Positions 45,479-55,461 of a stretch of DNA of 64,000 nt are shown one piece after another. Source of the DNA: a virus (Duplodnaviria; Caudoviricetes); the IMG/VR virus record IMGVR_UViG_3300046710_000261, positions 64,001 to 128,000 of that record; one strand, 5' to 3'. The notes below the pieces were generated by a model that ran no database searches, had not been told where the DNA came from, and saw only the letters and a program-made list of their open reading frames with translations. Position numbers and translations under genes: made by a program. The stretch's first letter is position 1; each line of letters opens with the position of its first letter.

Positions 45479-45830
45479 AGATTTTTATGAAAGACCCATT
45501 ATGAAGAAAACGGAAGATATAGAAGAACGATTTGTTCTTTCTGAATCCACCCATATAGAAAATACTGATATGGAGCACTTCAAAAAGGTATTGAAAAATC
45601 CTACACATGGAAAATATGTATTAAGGAGTTACAGGAATAATTATACTGATGAAGAAAGAGAAGTAGACATTCTTGCTCTGGAAGGAAGAACAAGAATCGT
45701 GTTGACTTATAATGCTGATTTCTTGGAATTTACACAGGAAATGGTTGATTTATGTGACGATTTAAATTATACCACCAAGTATGATAAAGAAAGACAAATA
45801 AACACACAAACTCTTACGATATATAAGTAA
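45468..45830 (+). CDS. Hypothetical protein (MKFKDFYE N-terminus)
   Basis: ORF in array. Confidence 0.6.
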   Translation: MKFKDFYERPIMKKTEDIEERFVLSESTHIENTDMEHFKKVLKNPTHGKYVLRSYRNNYTDEEREVDILALEGRTRIVLTYNADFLEFTQEMVDLCDDLNYTTKYDKERQINTQTLTIYK

Positions 45831-45831
45831 A

Positions 45832-46449
45832 ATGAAAGCCAAAAGATATATAGCAGAAGCAATAGCAGGTGATAGAGAAATACTTGATTTTGTCAAGAAA
45901 CAATGCAGTAAATATCTTGCGGAATCAAAAGGTAATACTCTTTGGAGAGCGATTCCGCGTAGAATCAATAAGTATGAAGTTGTTCAATCGCATATTAGCA
46001 ATAGGGCACCAATGAATGTTCCTTTGGAATTTCATCATTATCTCAATTCTATTTTTGAAGAAAAGTTTGGCTGGCCTGTTAGAAACGGAACATTTTCATA
46101 TAGTGACAAAGAGAAAACATATTTTTATGGTCAGCCTTATATGTTTTTTCCGATTGGGGATTATAAGTTTGTATGGTCTCCTAATGTATCTGATCTTTTC
46201 GGTGCGTTATATTCTTTTATACCAAAAGAATATTTCGAACATTCAAGTTCTATGGGTGTATGGTGGAAAAAAAAGCCAGAAGAAGCAAAGAAAGTGGTGA
46301 GAACATTGTTAATAACATATACTGATAAAAATTTGGTTGAAGCAATAAAACACAGAGTTCATTTGGTAAGAGACGAAGGTTGCGAAATATCATTCAAATG
46401 TGGTAATTATGTTTTAGTGGACGAAGAATATCATTATTTATTTGCGTAA
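45832..46449 (+). CDS. ART-fold-like paralogue A2
   Basis: LWRA, FGWPVRNGTFS, YMFFPIG, WSP, CEISFKC. Confidence 0.55.
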   Translation: MKAKRYIAEAIAGDREILDFVKKQCSKYLAESKGNTLWRAIPRRINKYEVVQSHISNRAPMNVPLEFHHYLNSIFEEKFGWPVRNGTFSYSDKEKTYFYGQPYMFFPIGDYKFVWSPNVSDLFGALYSFIPKEYFEHSSSMGVWWKKKPEEAKKVVRTLLITYTDKNLVEAIKHRVHLVRDEGCEISFKCGNYVLVDEEYHYLFA

Positions 46450-46453
46450 AAAT

Positions 46454-47476
46454 ATGAGATTATATAAGAATATAAATGAAGCTAAAAATTATAATAACTG
46501 GATGTTTCCTTCTCACGAAACAATGGTGGCGGATTATGAAGAATATAAGAAAAAGGAACAGACCAAGTGGAAATCTAGGGTTGATCGCATTGGTTCACGA
46601 TTTCCGATATTCAAAGATTTTGAACATTTTCAACAAGCGTTGAAAAATGCCAAAGTAATAATATTGACAAAAAATATTGATGATAGAATAATGAATAGAA
46701 GCCATTCATTTAGCATAGAAAATTTAAAAGGTTTGGTTTCTTCATATATTCGCCCGCGCGATGTTGATAGAATAGTTAGCGGTTTCGAGGACAATGATAA
46801 AATTCCTTATCCTATTGTATTGAAAGGCAGCAAAGGAATGTGGATAATGGCAGGTAATACAAGACTTGATACATCATTCATTATGGAAATAACACCGAAA
46901 GTATTGATGGTTGATGTTTCTGATAAGGTAATGGAAGAACAAATACCTATAACTGCTGATAGAATTATTTATATACTTAAAAAGGATTGTAAGCCCTTTA
47001 TAAAAGAACTTGGTGGTCGTGGATTGTATTATAGATTTAGGCGGTTTCCTATGGTAGATAATATTCTGAAAATGGATGTAAGAAAAGATCGACAACCAAA
47101 AGATATGTCACTTGATATGCAAAGAATATTTGACCATATGTTTTTTAAAAAATTTGGATGGAAACCACGATCAGAGGGTGTATTTGCTTTGCCTCAATCT
47201 GAAATACTGGATGATGCGACATATAATTATGGCAAACAATTTATATTTTTTCCTATTGGAATATATAAGTATATTTGGTCTTCAAGAATAATTGATTTAT
47301 ATGGTTCTATTCCTGCTTTACGTGGCAAGGATAAAAACGAAGAGGCCAAAAGATTGGTTAGCAGTTATATAGACAATAGTCTTCCTATGGATACACCACA
47401 TGAAGTTACATTTTTGTGTGAATATTATTACTTGGTAAACATGAAATATGATAAAGCTATCAGGAATGCTATATGA
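46454..47476 (+). CDS. ParB/Srx-like domain fused to ART-fold-like paralogue A3
   Basis: YPIVL...IMAGNTRL; then FGWKPRSEGVF, FFPIG, HEVTFLC. Confidence 0.55.
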   Translation: MRLYKNINEAKNYNNWMFPSHETMVADYEEYKKKEQTKWKSRVDRIGSRFPIFKDFEHFQQALKNAKVIILTKNIDDRIMNRSHSFSIENLKGLVSSYIRPRDVDRIVSGFEDNDKIPYPIVLKGSKGMWIMAGNTRLDTSFIMEITPKVLMVDVSDKVMEEQIPITADRIIYILKKDCKPFIKELGGRGLYYRFRRFPMVDNILKMDVRKDRQPKDMSLDMQRIFDHMFFKKFGWKPRSEGVFALPQSEILDDATYNYGKQFIFFPIGIYKYIWSSRIIDLYGSIPALRGKDKNEEAKRLVSSYIDNSLPMDTPHEVTFLCEYYYLVNMKYDKAIRNAI

Positions 47477-48378
47477 GATTGAATACTATTTTGAAAGAAG
47501 AAGAAGATAGAAATACCAGGTGGGAAGAACTGAAAGTCTTCATTCAGAAGCATTGTGTCAAATTCATGATAGAATGCGCCGAAAAGAATATTATCTTGTG
47601 GAGAGGTTCTAATAAATTTCCTATTGATCCCTATAACATATGGGATGTATATCCATCTCGTATTTCTAGTGGAAGAGCACCGATGAGTACAAGTAAATTT
47701 CTTCATGATCTGGCAAATAAAACATTCATTGAGAAATTTGGTTGGCCTGTTCGAGACGGGATTTTTACCACCAAAGATTTTAGTGTAGCAGATAGTTATG
47801 GGAGAGCATTTATTTTTATTCCTGTGGATAGTTATCAGTATGCGTGGTCTCCTAAAATTTCAGATTTTTATATGTATGTAACATCACAAACTACTAAATT
47901 AACATATTTTGATATTGGCGGTGGTGATCCTGATGCTATGATGTATCGTTTATGGATAGAAAAATATGGGCCAAAAACAATTCATGATAATGGTGGTGAA
48001 TGGTTTGATGTTGTTAAAAATGAAATTATCAAAATGGATAGTTATGAAAAGAAAAGTAAAGTCTTTTTATCTAACCATAAAGTAGGAGATGAAATAGTTC
48101 TTGGTGTCTATCATAAACGAGCAGAAAGAATAAATGTTTTTTGGAAGCCAACAGTTGATTTTAACCAATTTAAGAAAGAAGAATGGCTTCAACTGGAAGG
48201 AGAAATGCGAAGTATTGTTAATACATATACAGGTAAAGTTTTAGTTGCGGCGAACGAAAAACATGAAATTCTTTTCAATTGTGATAAATATATTATGATA
48301 TGGGTGCCGAGAGTTGAGTCAACTGAAAAGGAAAAGATACTTTCTGAATATTTTAAAATATTGAGGGAATACAAATGA
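47473..48378 (+). CDS. ART-fold-like paralogue A4 with insertion
   Basis: LWRG, FGWPVRDGIFTT, WSPKISD, HEILFNC. Confidence 0.55.
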   Translation: MRLNTILKEEEDRNTRWEELKVFIQKHCVKFMIECAEKNIILWRGSNKFPIDPYNIWDVYPSRISSGRAPMSTSKFLHDLANKTFIEKFGWPVRDGIFTTKDFSVADSYGRAFIFIPVDSYQYAWSPKISDFYMYVTSQTTKLTYFDIGGGDPDAMMYRLWIEKYGPKTIHDNGGEWFDVVKNEIIKMDSYEKKSKVFLSNHKVGDEIVLGVYHKRAERINVFWKPTVDFNQFKKEEWLQLEGEMRSIVNTYTGKVLVAANEKHEILFNCDKYIMIWVPRVESTEKEKILSEYFKILREYK

Positions 48379-48698
48379 TAGATATACTTGAGAAAATAAA
48401 ATTTATTTTGGAACAGAACGCAGTAACTTCATATGGCAGACAGGCTCAACAGCAGAAAACCGCCACATCAAGTGCATATAAATCATCTGTCACGGCTCAG
48501 AGGTCTGCTGCCGCTTCAAGAGTAAGAACACAAAAGGCTCGACAAGCAACTCCAAAGAAAAGCACTCAAGGCCCATCTAGTAATAAAGAATGGTGGAATA
48601 AAATCAAAAGTCAGAGACAACGACATTCAGACGTTATAAATAAAAGAAAATCGGCCAATACAAGTGGCTATCAATCGAGATTAGCAAGGACAAAATAA
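48375..48698 (+). CDS. Highly basic low-complexity protein (putative internal DNA-binding protein)
   Basis: MIDILEKIKFILE followed by an R/K/S/Q-rich tail. Confidence 0.6.
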   Translation: MIDILEKIKFILEQNAVTSYGRQAQQQKTATSSAYKSSVTAQRSAAASRVRTQKARQATPKKSTQGPSSNKEWWNKIKSQRQRHSDVINKRKSANTSGYQSRLARTK

Positions 48699-48907
48699 TG
48701 GAAAAAGTAAACATCAATGTGGGAACGTTGCCTAATGTAGTTTGTGATTGCGGTAATGAATTTTTCGAAAACCTATTTATCGTGAAAAAACTTTCTGCTT
48801 TACAAAGCCCAACAGGCAAAGAAGAAGCTATGCCAATTCCTCTTATGATTTGTAGTAAATGTGGAAAGAGTTTGGAAGAAATTCTAACAAAACCTACATT
48901 ACAATGA
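48698..48907 (+). CDS. Small zinc-ribbon protein
   Basis: CDCGN..F...KKLSALQSPTG.E...CSKCG. Confidence 0.7.
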   Translation: MEKVNINVGTLPNVVCDCGNEFFENLFIVKKLSALQSPTGKEEAMPIPLMICSKCGKSLEEILTKPTLQ

Positions 48908-49506
48908 GACTTGAACAATACATAACAGAAAAAAGATCACCAGTTGATATTCCGGGCTATGATATGGAAAAGAATGCATCTATTATTAAGACGGATTGCC
49001 AGCCCTTTTTCAAGGAAAATACTTCTGGTAGATTTCTCTATCGCGGTACAAATAAAAGTATAGGTGAAATAGAGAAAATAATTCCAAGAAAAGAAAGAAA
49101 ACCTTCTGATATGCCACGATTTTTGCACAATGAATTGAATATAGTATTCGCAAAAAAGTTTGGATGGCCAGTAAGAAATGGCGTATTTGCTACTTCAGAT
49201 GATCGCGAGGCTGAAGAATATGGTGATCTATACTTATTTTTCCCAATAGGTAATTACAAATATGTTTGGTCTCCGAAAATACCTGATCTTTGGAAGTTGT
49301 TTGATAAAAATACCGGTATTTTCAAAGATTTGATGCATATGACGAGTATCAAACCAAGCGAGGAAAAATATTTGGAAAAATCTGTTGATACATATATAGA
49401 TAAAGATTTATCAAAAGCAATGAAAACAAATAAATCCCATGAGATTTCTTTTTTGTGTGAAGCATATTATATGATAGACCCTCTATACGAAGAATATCTA
49501 TTATAA
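48904..49506 (+). CDS. ART-fold-like paralogue A5
   Basis: MRLEQYITE start; LYRG, FGWPVRNGVFATS, WSPKIPDL, HEISFLC. Confidence 0.55.
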   Translation: MRLEQYITEKRSPVDIPGYDMEKNASIIKTDCQPFFKENTSGRFLYRGTNKSIGEIEKIIPRKERKPSDMPRFLHNELNIVFAKKFGWPVRNGVFATSDDREAEEYGDLYLFFPIGNYKYVWSPKIPDLWKLFDKNTGIFKDLMHMTSIKPSEEKYLEKSVDTYIDKDLSKAMKTNKSHEISFLCEAYYMIDPLYEEYLL

Positions 49507-50946
49507 ATCTGGAACAATCCCATCAATGGCATCGCCTTCCTCCAATACATGCTCGATGATATTGAAACCCTCAGAACCATAATATCGAGACCTCTTCACA
49601 CCAAATTCCAATAAATATTTGATTTCATCCACTATATCGAATACAACAGAACCTTTTGATTTATCGGTATGAAGTCTCAGTGACCTGCCGATGGATTGTA
49701 ATACTCTTATTTTGCTTTTGAATGGGGATGTCAGAACGATATATTTGAGGGATGGGATGTTTATGCCCATCTGGAATGTTCCATAGGTTGCTATGAGAAT
49801 TATGTTCTTTCTTTTTTCGCATTCCTTTCTCCATTTTTCTCTCTCTTCAACATCTACTCCACCATGGATGAATACGATTTCTCGCAACCATAAATTATTA
49901 CATCCTTTGAAATAATCAAATAATAACTGTCCTTCTTTTTCTATTTTTCCAACAAGCAGAAGAATGTTATGGTCAACGGCTGATACTATATAATGGAGCA
50001 ACATCATTCTATATTTGTTTCTGAAAATCTTGTCCTTTATATCGTTATATTCTCCATCATATTCTTGCTGATATTTCAGGTTGATTGAGACAACATTACA
50101 TTTGCTTATATAACCTTTTTCTGCCAATTCATTTGCTGTATATTCTCTCCATACAGGGCCGATGAACGCCTTGACATTCCATAAATCCATTTTTGATGAG
50201 GGGAGGGTTCCAGTAAGACCATATCGGTATTCTGCGCTTGTGCATTTTTCCATGATCTTTTTTATTTCATGTGCTTTTGCCTGATGGACCTCATCACAGA
50301 TAACACAATCATATAATTTCAATGCGGTATGGTTGTCTTTCAATGTTTGCCAAGTTGATATAACAATCGGTTTGTCAAACTCTTTTGCCTTTTCCCAAAC
50401 TTGTCCTATATCATCTTTTGGTATGCCATATTCAATCATATCATTTTTGAATTGTTCGACAAGGGAAATTGTAGGAACAATAATCAACGAATGTTTTACT
50501 GGAAGATTTTTTATGATATAAGCTATGACCAAACTCTTCCCGCTTGCCGTTGCTGCCCTGAAAATTCCTTTGGAATACTTCAAAGCGATTTCTATCATCT
50601 CTTGCTGGTAATCTCTTGGGGGCAATTTCAAATCATATTTTATTTCGCCCACTGATGGATTTTTGAACATATCCATTACATCTTTTTCTACTTTCATTTC
50701 CAGCATCGGATATTCGTCTTTTTTGAAACGGATGAGATCTATGAATAAGCCATAAGGAAGGGTATTTCGGTATGCATTATACATGCTTATCTTCCCAGAC
50801 CAATAGCCCGATTTGAATTTCGGGTTGAATTGATAGTTTTCTACATAGTCTGAAAAGTGATTTTTTACTGCATCAAGAAAACCTTTCTCTTCGAAGTCTG
50901 CATCCAATGTTATAAATAACTTTCCGTACTTCTCTACTCTTATCAT
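49501..50946 (-). CDS. uvsW: UvsW-like SF2 DNA helicase
   Basis: PRDYQ, ATASGKS, DEVH, GLTGT, LQSIGRSLR. Confidence 0.92.
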   Translation of the reverse strand: MIRVEKYGKLFITLDADFEEKGFLDAVKNHFSDYVENYQFNPKFKSGYWSGKISMYNAYRNTLPYGLFIDLIRFKKDEYPMLEMKVEKDVMDMFKNPSVGEIKYDLKLPPRDYQQEMIEIALKYSKGIFRAATASGKSLVIAYIIKNLPVKHSLIIVPTISLVEQFKNDMIEYGIPKDDIGQVWEKAKEFDKPIVISTWQTLKDNHTALKLYDCVICDEVHQAKAHEIKKIMEKCTSAEYRYGLTGTLPSSKMDLWNVKAFIGPVWREYTANELAEKGYISKCNVVSINLKYQQEYDGEYNDIKDKIFRNKYRMMLLHYIVSAVDHNILLLVGKIEKEGQLLFDYFKGCNNLWLREIVFIHGGVDVEEREKWRKECEKRKNIILIATYGTFQMGINIPSLKYIVLTSPFKSKIRVLQSIGRSLRLHTDKSKGSVVFDIVDEIKYLLEFGVKRSRYYGSEGFNIIEHVLEEGDAIDGIVPDL

Positions 50947-51375
50947 TTACATACCGATTTTGGTTGTCTCAATGAAGGACTTCATTGACCAGGACATTTT
51001 TTCAAGAGAGGATGCGCAAAGTTCGAAGAAATCTACTCTCTGTTGTTGTCTTCGTATCAATTTATTCAACTGAATAATTTTGGGATCTTTGGGAAGGTAG
51101 TATGTTGTAATTTCTGATGGTTTCAAATCTTTATCGCCTTCAAACCGATAATGGTCATATAAATCACAGATTGTTTTTTCTTTCAGCGCATTCAATTTGT
51201 CAAGTTGTATTCTTTCTTTCATGTAAAGCTCTTTATATTTGACCACTTCAAATGTATTGGTTTGTAATTTTTCCAATATGCTGAACTCTGTAAATTGTAC
51301 CATCGTTTCTATTGGATGTTGTTGTATCAGTTCCTGCAATAATTCTTCTTCAGTTTTTTCTGGTTCTTCGGCCAT
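50947..51375 (-). CDS. uvsY: UvsY-like recombination mediator
   Basis: Helical protein of about 142 aa next to uvsW; Y.HY.F...D..I...MSWSMKS.IE. Confidence 0.65.
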   Translation of the reverse strand: MAEEPEKTEEELLQELIQQHPIETMVQFTEFSILEKLQTNTFEVVKYKELYMKERIQLDKLNALKEKTICDLYDHYRFEGDKDLKPSEITTYYLPKDPKIIQLNKLIRRQQQRVDFFELCASSLEKMSWSMKSFIETTKIGM

Positions 51376-51671
51376 AATTTCTCCTGTAATATCTCTATTT
51401 ATTATAGCATAAATGAGCAGGAAAGTAATCATTTTCTTTTTTTGTTTCAAAGAGTTATTGTAAAATAAGGAAAATTCAATGGGTTTACTTTTGGCCTATT
51501 TTCTGTTATAATAGATATATGAGAAAAATTATTTATAGATGCGATGAAAGAGATCCTGATGATGAAGAAGATATAAATGAAGTCTGCGTGTTCTGTATTA
51601 TGGAATGTAAAAAATCCAGTTCGGAGATTGTGTCATGTTCTCCGACCTATGAACCATATTGGTGGTAAAAC

Positions 51672-53039
51672 ATGGATAGTGTAAATTTGGAACGCCTGAT
51701 AATAAAGACGGCATTGGAAGACAAGCCTTTCTTGGTGACTATAAGTTCTGTGTTTCAAGATAATTACTTTGAAGATTTGACTATCAGAAGTGTTTTTACA
51801 TTACTGAAAGGCCATGTTCAAAAGTATGATAACATAATGCCAAGGTCTGGTGTTATTTCTGAAATAGGAACGGATGAAGTAAAAAATCTATTCAAAGAAA
51901 TAGATGCTCTGGATTTCAATGTTACAAAAAACTACGAATGGGTATTTGACGAAACGAACAAATATCTGAAGGAAAGAGCAATCAAGTGTGCTATATTGGA
52001 TTCAGTTGAGTTGATTGAGAAGAAGGAAGCATATGCGCAGATTTCTTCTTTGATTGAAGATGCTCTTATCAGAGATTTACGGATTGATTTGGGCATCAAT
52101 TATTTTGATACATTGAATGAACGCATCAGAAGGATTTTGGAAAACAGTACCATTCGAGTTCCGACATACTATCCAGAATTTGATGAATATATAAATGGTG
52201 GCTTTCCTCCATATACATTGTCTGTTTTTGTTTCCAGGATTCATGGTTGGAAGTCGGCAACACTGGCAAACTTCACGGCTCGACAAGTTATGCATGGTCA
52301 TAATGTTTTGTTATTGACTATGGAAATGGCGGAAGATGCCTTTGCCCAAAGGTTTGATGCTATCTTTACAAAACTTGATATAAACAAAATGTATAATGTA
52401 AAGACAGAAACCTTGAAGATGATACAGGGGTTGAAGGCAGTAAAAGAAACTCCAGGCAGGGGCCAGTTATGGATAAAACAATTTCCTACTGGGGAAGCAA
52501 CAGTTCTCGATTTCAAGCGATATGTCAGAGAATTGAAAATGAGGGGCGTCATTCCCTCTATCATTCTTGTTGATTATATAAACTTGATGAAGTCAGCGGA
52601 AGATGTTGGAACAGAATTATATTCCAAAGTCAAAAAAATATCTGAAGAATTGAGAGCATTGTCTTTTGTTTTTGATTGTCCTGTTATTACGGTCTCACAG
52701 TTGAATAGGCCAGGATCGGTTGTTGCATTCGATGAATTGGATTTCGTATATATCTGTGAGTCGATGGGTCTTCCTGCTACCGCAGACTTCATGATGATAT
52801 ATGGTGAAGATGAGGACAAAATGGTTTATGAAAGCGAGTTGAATTATATCATCATAAAAAATAGATTGGGTGGTCGTGTAAGGGAGCAGAACAAATTTTA
52901 CTATGATTCTCGTTCATTGAAGATGTATGACCAATCGGAATTGGATTTGTGGATGGAAGAAGCAAAGATTTCTGGTGATGATAGAAAACTTGCCGAGCAG
53001 AAGGAAGAGAAAAGGGTTCCAGGAAGGAGTAAGAGATGA
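51672..53039 (+). CDS. gp41: Replicative DnaB-like helicase (gp41)
   Basis: TMEMAE, KQFPTG, VDYINLM, EELRAL, SQLNR, ES.GLPATAD, KNRLG. Confidence 0.9.
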   Translation: MDSVNLERLIIKTALEDKPFLVTISSVFQDNYFEDLTIRSVFTLLKGHVQKYDNIMPRSGVISEIGTDEVKNLFKEIDALDFNVTKNYEWVFDETNKYLKERAIKCAILDSVELIEKKEAYAQISSLIEDALIRDLRIDLGINYFDTLNERIRRILENSTIRVPTYYPEFDEYINGGFPPYTLSVFVSRIHGWKSATLANFTARQVMHGHNVLLLTMEMAEDAFAQRFDAIFTKLDINKMYNVKTETLKMIQGLKAVKETPGRGQLWIKQFPTGEATVLDFKRYVRELKMRGVIPSIILVDYINLMKSAEDVGTELYSKVKKISEELRALSFVFDCPVITVSQLNRPGSVVAFDELDFVYICESMGLPATADFMMIYGEDEDKMVYESELNYIIIKNRLGGRVREQNKFYYDSRSLKMYDQSELDLWMEEAKISGDDRKLAEQKEEKRVPGRSKR

Positions 53040-53181
53040 TTTGTCCTACATGTATGATAAAATGTTTTATGATTTGTCCATCTTGTTTTGAGGGAGTATT
53101 TTCCAAGTGGCATGAAACTGAAGATGCAAAAAAATTTGGAGCGGAGATGAAAAAAGAGCGGAAAGAAAAAGAGGACAAAAA

Positions 53182-53397
53182 ATGAAAATTGGTGATAGAG
53201 TAGAAATATTGAGACAAGATATTTTTGCTTTGAACCATCGCAAAATTCGTACTGGAAGAATAAGAAGTATTGATGGTGCTTATATTCTGGTACGCCCTTC
53301 TTGGTGTTGGTGGATAACTGAGGTGTATCCAAACGAGATAAAAGTATTAGGTAAATGGAAGGGCAAGGCTCGAATAAAAAGAAGAGGAAGAAAATGA
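53182..53397 (+). CDS. Small SH3/KOW-like hypothetical protein
   Basis: MKIGDRV...G.I...E.YPNEI. Confidence 0.5.
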   Translation: MKIGDRVEILRQDIFALNHRKIRTGRIRSIDGAYILVRPSWCWWITEVYPNEIKVLGKWKGKARIKRRGRK

Positions 53398-53544
53398 CAG
53401 AAACCAGAAAACTTGATTTGATAAAAAATACAATGGTAGCATGGAAAGAAGGTGGATTATCTGATAAAACAGTCTGTAAAATAATCCATGATATTCTTTT
53501 TACAAAATCAATAGCCGAGGAAGAAAAAATTCAAGGAAGAAAAA

Positions 53545-53736
53545 ATGACAAAACTTAATCGAATAAAAGAAGCAATAAAAGATTGGGGAGATGGAAAACT
53601 TTCATCAGGCGGTTGTTGTTTTGCAATAAATGATATTCTTTATTGGAAACCACCAACAAGAGAAGAAAAGAAACAGATGATAGAGTGGGGAGAAAAAGAA
53701 ATGAAGGAATTAAGGAAAAAAGGAGTGATAAAATAA
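53545..53736 (+). CDS. Small hypothetical protein
   Basis: Resembles the preceding ORF (W..G.LS....I.DIL). Confidence 0.5.
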   Translation: MTKLNRIKEAIKDWGDGKLSSGGCCFAINDILYWKPPTREEKKQMIEWGEKEMKELRKKGVIK

Positions 53737-53860
53737 TGTCAAGTCCAGTTATGATAAAATGTTGGAAATGTGGCCAATTTTTTTATTTCATTCACGATGT
53801 AAGAACCAAATGCCCGAATTGTGGCGAAGAGTATAAATCTTTCAGAGATTGAGGAGTTTT

Positions 53861-54442
53861 ATGAAAACAATTATAAGTTGCCATCTTGACAGCGTGTTTA
53901 CTTCTCCAATGGCAGATGTAAAGAACGGAATACATACAGGATGCTGTGATAATCTCAGCGGTGTATTGGCAGTTGCACAACTTATACAGAATGATGATAT
54001 TTGTATTGAATTTACGAACGGGGAAGAGACAAATTTGGAAGGTGCGAAATGGGTTGCCAATCATTATTCTGCGAGTGAATGGTTTATCATTGTGGTTGAT
54101 ACTACTGATAGGTCAACTCATTGGAAAAATATACAGTTCACGGTAGAAAATCCAGGTCATGTTGATATAAAACATATCAAGAGGGCATTGAGACCTTTCT
54201 ATGGAAAATATAAATTGAGGGAGTTTGGTGTCGAAAGCGAAGCATGGCTTTATAAGAGAGAAGGATTTTCCTGTGTAGAGATTGATGTCCCTGTTGCACT
54301 TGGATTGCACAATCTTCATAATAAAGCAAAAGTGTCAGACATTATAATTTGTTCAGAGGCAATGAAAGTGATTGCTGATTATATGAAAGAGAAAACACGG
54401 GAACAAATTTTACCTGTTGAACATACAGAAGAAAGACGATAA
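53861..54442 (+). CDS. M28/M20-like metallopeptidase
   Basis: HLDSV, DNLSG, GEET, VDT, LHN. Confidence 0.7.
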   Translation: MKTIISCHLDSVFTSPMADVKNGIHTGCCDNLSGVLAVAQLIQNDDICIEFTNGEETNLEGAKWVANHYSASEWFIIVVDTTDRSTHWKNIQFTVENPGHVDIKHIKRALRPFYGKYKLREFGVESEAWLYKREGFSCVEIDVPVALGLHNLHNKAKVSDIIICSEAMKVIADYMKEKTREQILPVEHTEERR

Positions 54443-54443
54443 A

Positions 54444-54899
54444 ATGGAAGAAGATATTATCAGAGAATTTCAAGGCAAATACAGATGGTTGTCAAATTTC
54501 TGGTTTTTTGATGGGACAACGGTGGAACATTTATATCAAGCTGCGAAAGCAATCAATAAGAAAGATGAAGAATATATTCTTTCTTCTTCTAATCCTGGTG
54601 TTGCAAAACGTCGAGCGAAAATGATACACCTGCGCGAAGAGTGGGAAGATATAAAAGTTGGTATTATGCACAATCTTCTTCAAAGAAAATTCAAAAATCC
54701 TATATTGAGAAAGAACCTTCTGGCAACAGGAAATAAAATTCTTCAAGAAGGGAACAGATGGTATGATACTTTTTGGGGTATAGATTTGAGAACTGGGCTG
54801 GGAGAAAATAACTTGGGTAAACTTATTATGCAAGTAAGAGATGAAATCCGTCAAGAAGGAATACCCAAAATTGATAAGGAATTATTTAAAATTGACTGA
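54444..54899 (+). CDS. NADAR family protein
   Basis: LSNF, VEHLYQAAK, W...K...M......KF, LLATG, EGN.W.DTFWG, G.N.LGKLIM.VR. Confidence 0.9.
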   Translation: MEEDIIREFQGKYRWLSNFWFFDGTTVEHLYQAAKAINKKDEEYILSSSNPGVAKRRAKMIHLREEWEDIKVGIMHNLLQRKFKNPILRKNLLATGNKILQEGNRWYDTFWGIDLRTGLGENNLGKLIMQVRDEIRQEGIPKIDKELFKID

Positions 54900-55461
54900 T
54901 AAACAAATCAGAATGCTCCAATTATTGGATGAACAAATTTTATCCTGCACCAAGTGCGAACTTCATGTCAATGGTCATGCCAAGCCTTATTGGATTGAAG
55001 ATGCTCGATATATCATTGTAGGAGAAGCACCAGGATTGACAGAAATTCAACAATGCACACCTTTTGTTGGCAAGGCAGGAGAAATTCTCTGGAATACCAT
55101 GAAGAGATATTGTTTGTATAGAGAGGATTTTCTTATTATCAATTCTGTCAATTGTCGTCCTGTAGATGGAAATAAGAATGGTAAACCAACTCCAACTCAA
55201 ATGAGGCTGTGCAAATCGTGGATAGATAAATACTTGTATGTTCTGCAACCCACAAAAATTCTTTTATTGGGAAAATACGCGGTAGAAACTATGTGGTCTC
55301 CTGTAAGAAGTATTATTAGCATCAACAGTGACGTTGCCGTAAATAAAGTTTATGGAGCATGGATGATGTTTTCTGTTCACCCAGCCTTTTGTATCTATAA
55401 TGAAAATCAAGGAAAAAAATTATTAGAGGAAAGCATAAGAAAGTTTAGTGAATTATTATGA
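54892..55461 (+). CDS. Uracil-DNA glycosylase family 4 (4Fe-4S)
   Basis: CTKC, VGEAPG..E, PFVG.AG, N.VNCRP, C, HPA. Confidence 0.88.
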   Translation: MTDKQIRMLQLLDEQILSCTKCELHVNGHAKPYWIEDARYIIVGEAPGLTEIQQCTPFVGKAGEILWNTMKRYCLYREDFLIINSVNCRPVDGNKNGKPTPTQMRLCKSWIDKYLYVLQPTKILLLGKYAVETMWSPVRSIISINSDVAVNKVYGAWMMFSVHPAFCIYNENQGKKLLEESIRKFSELL

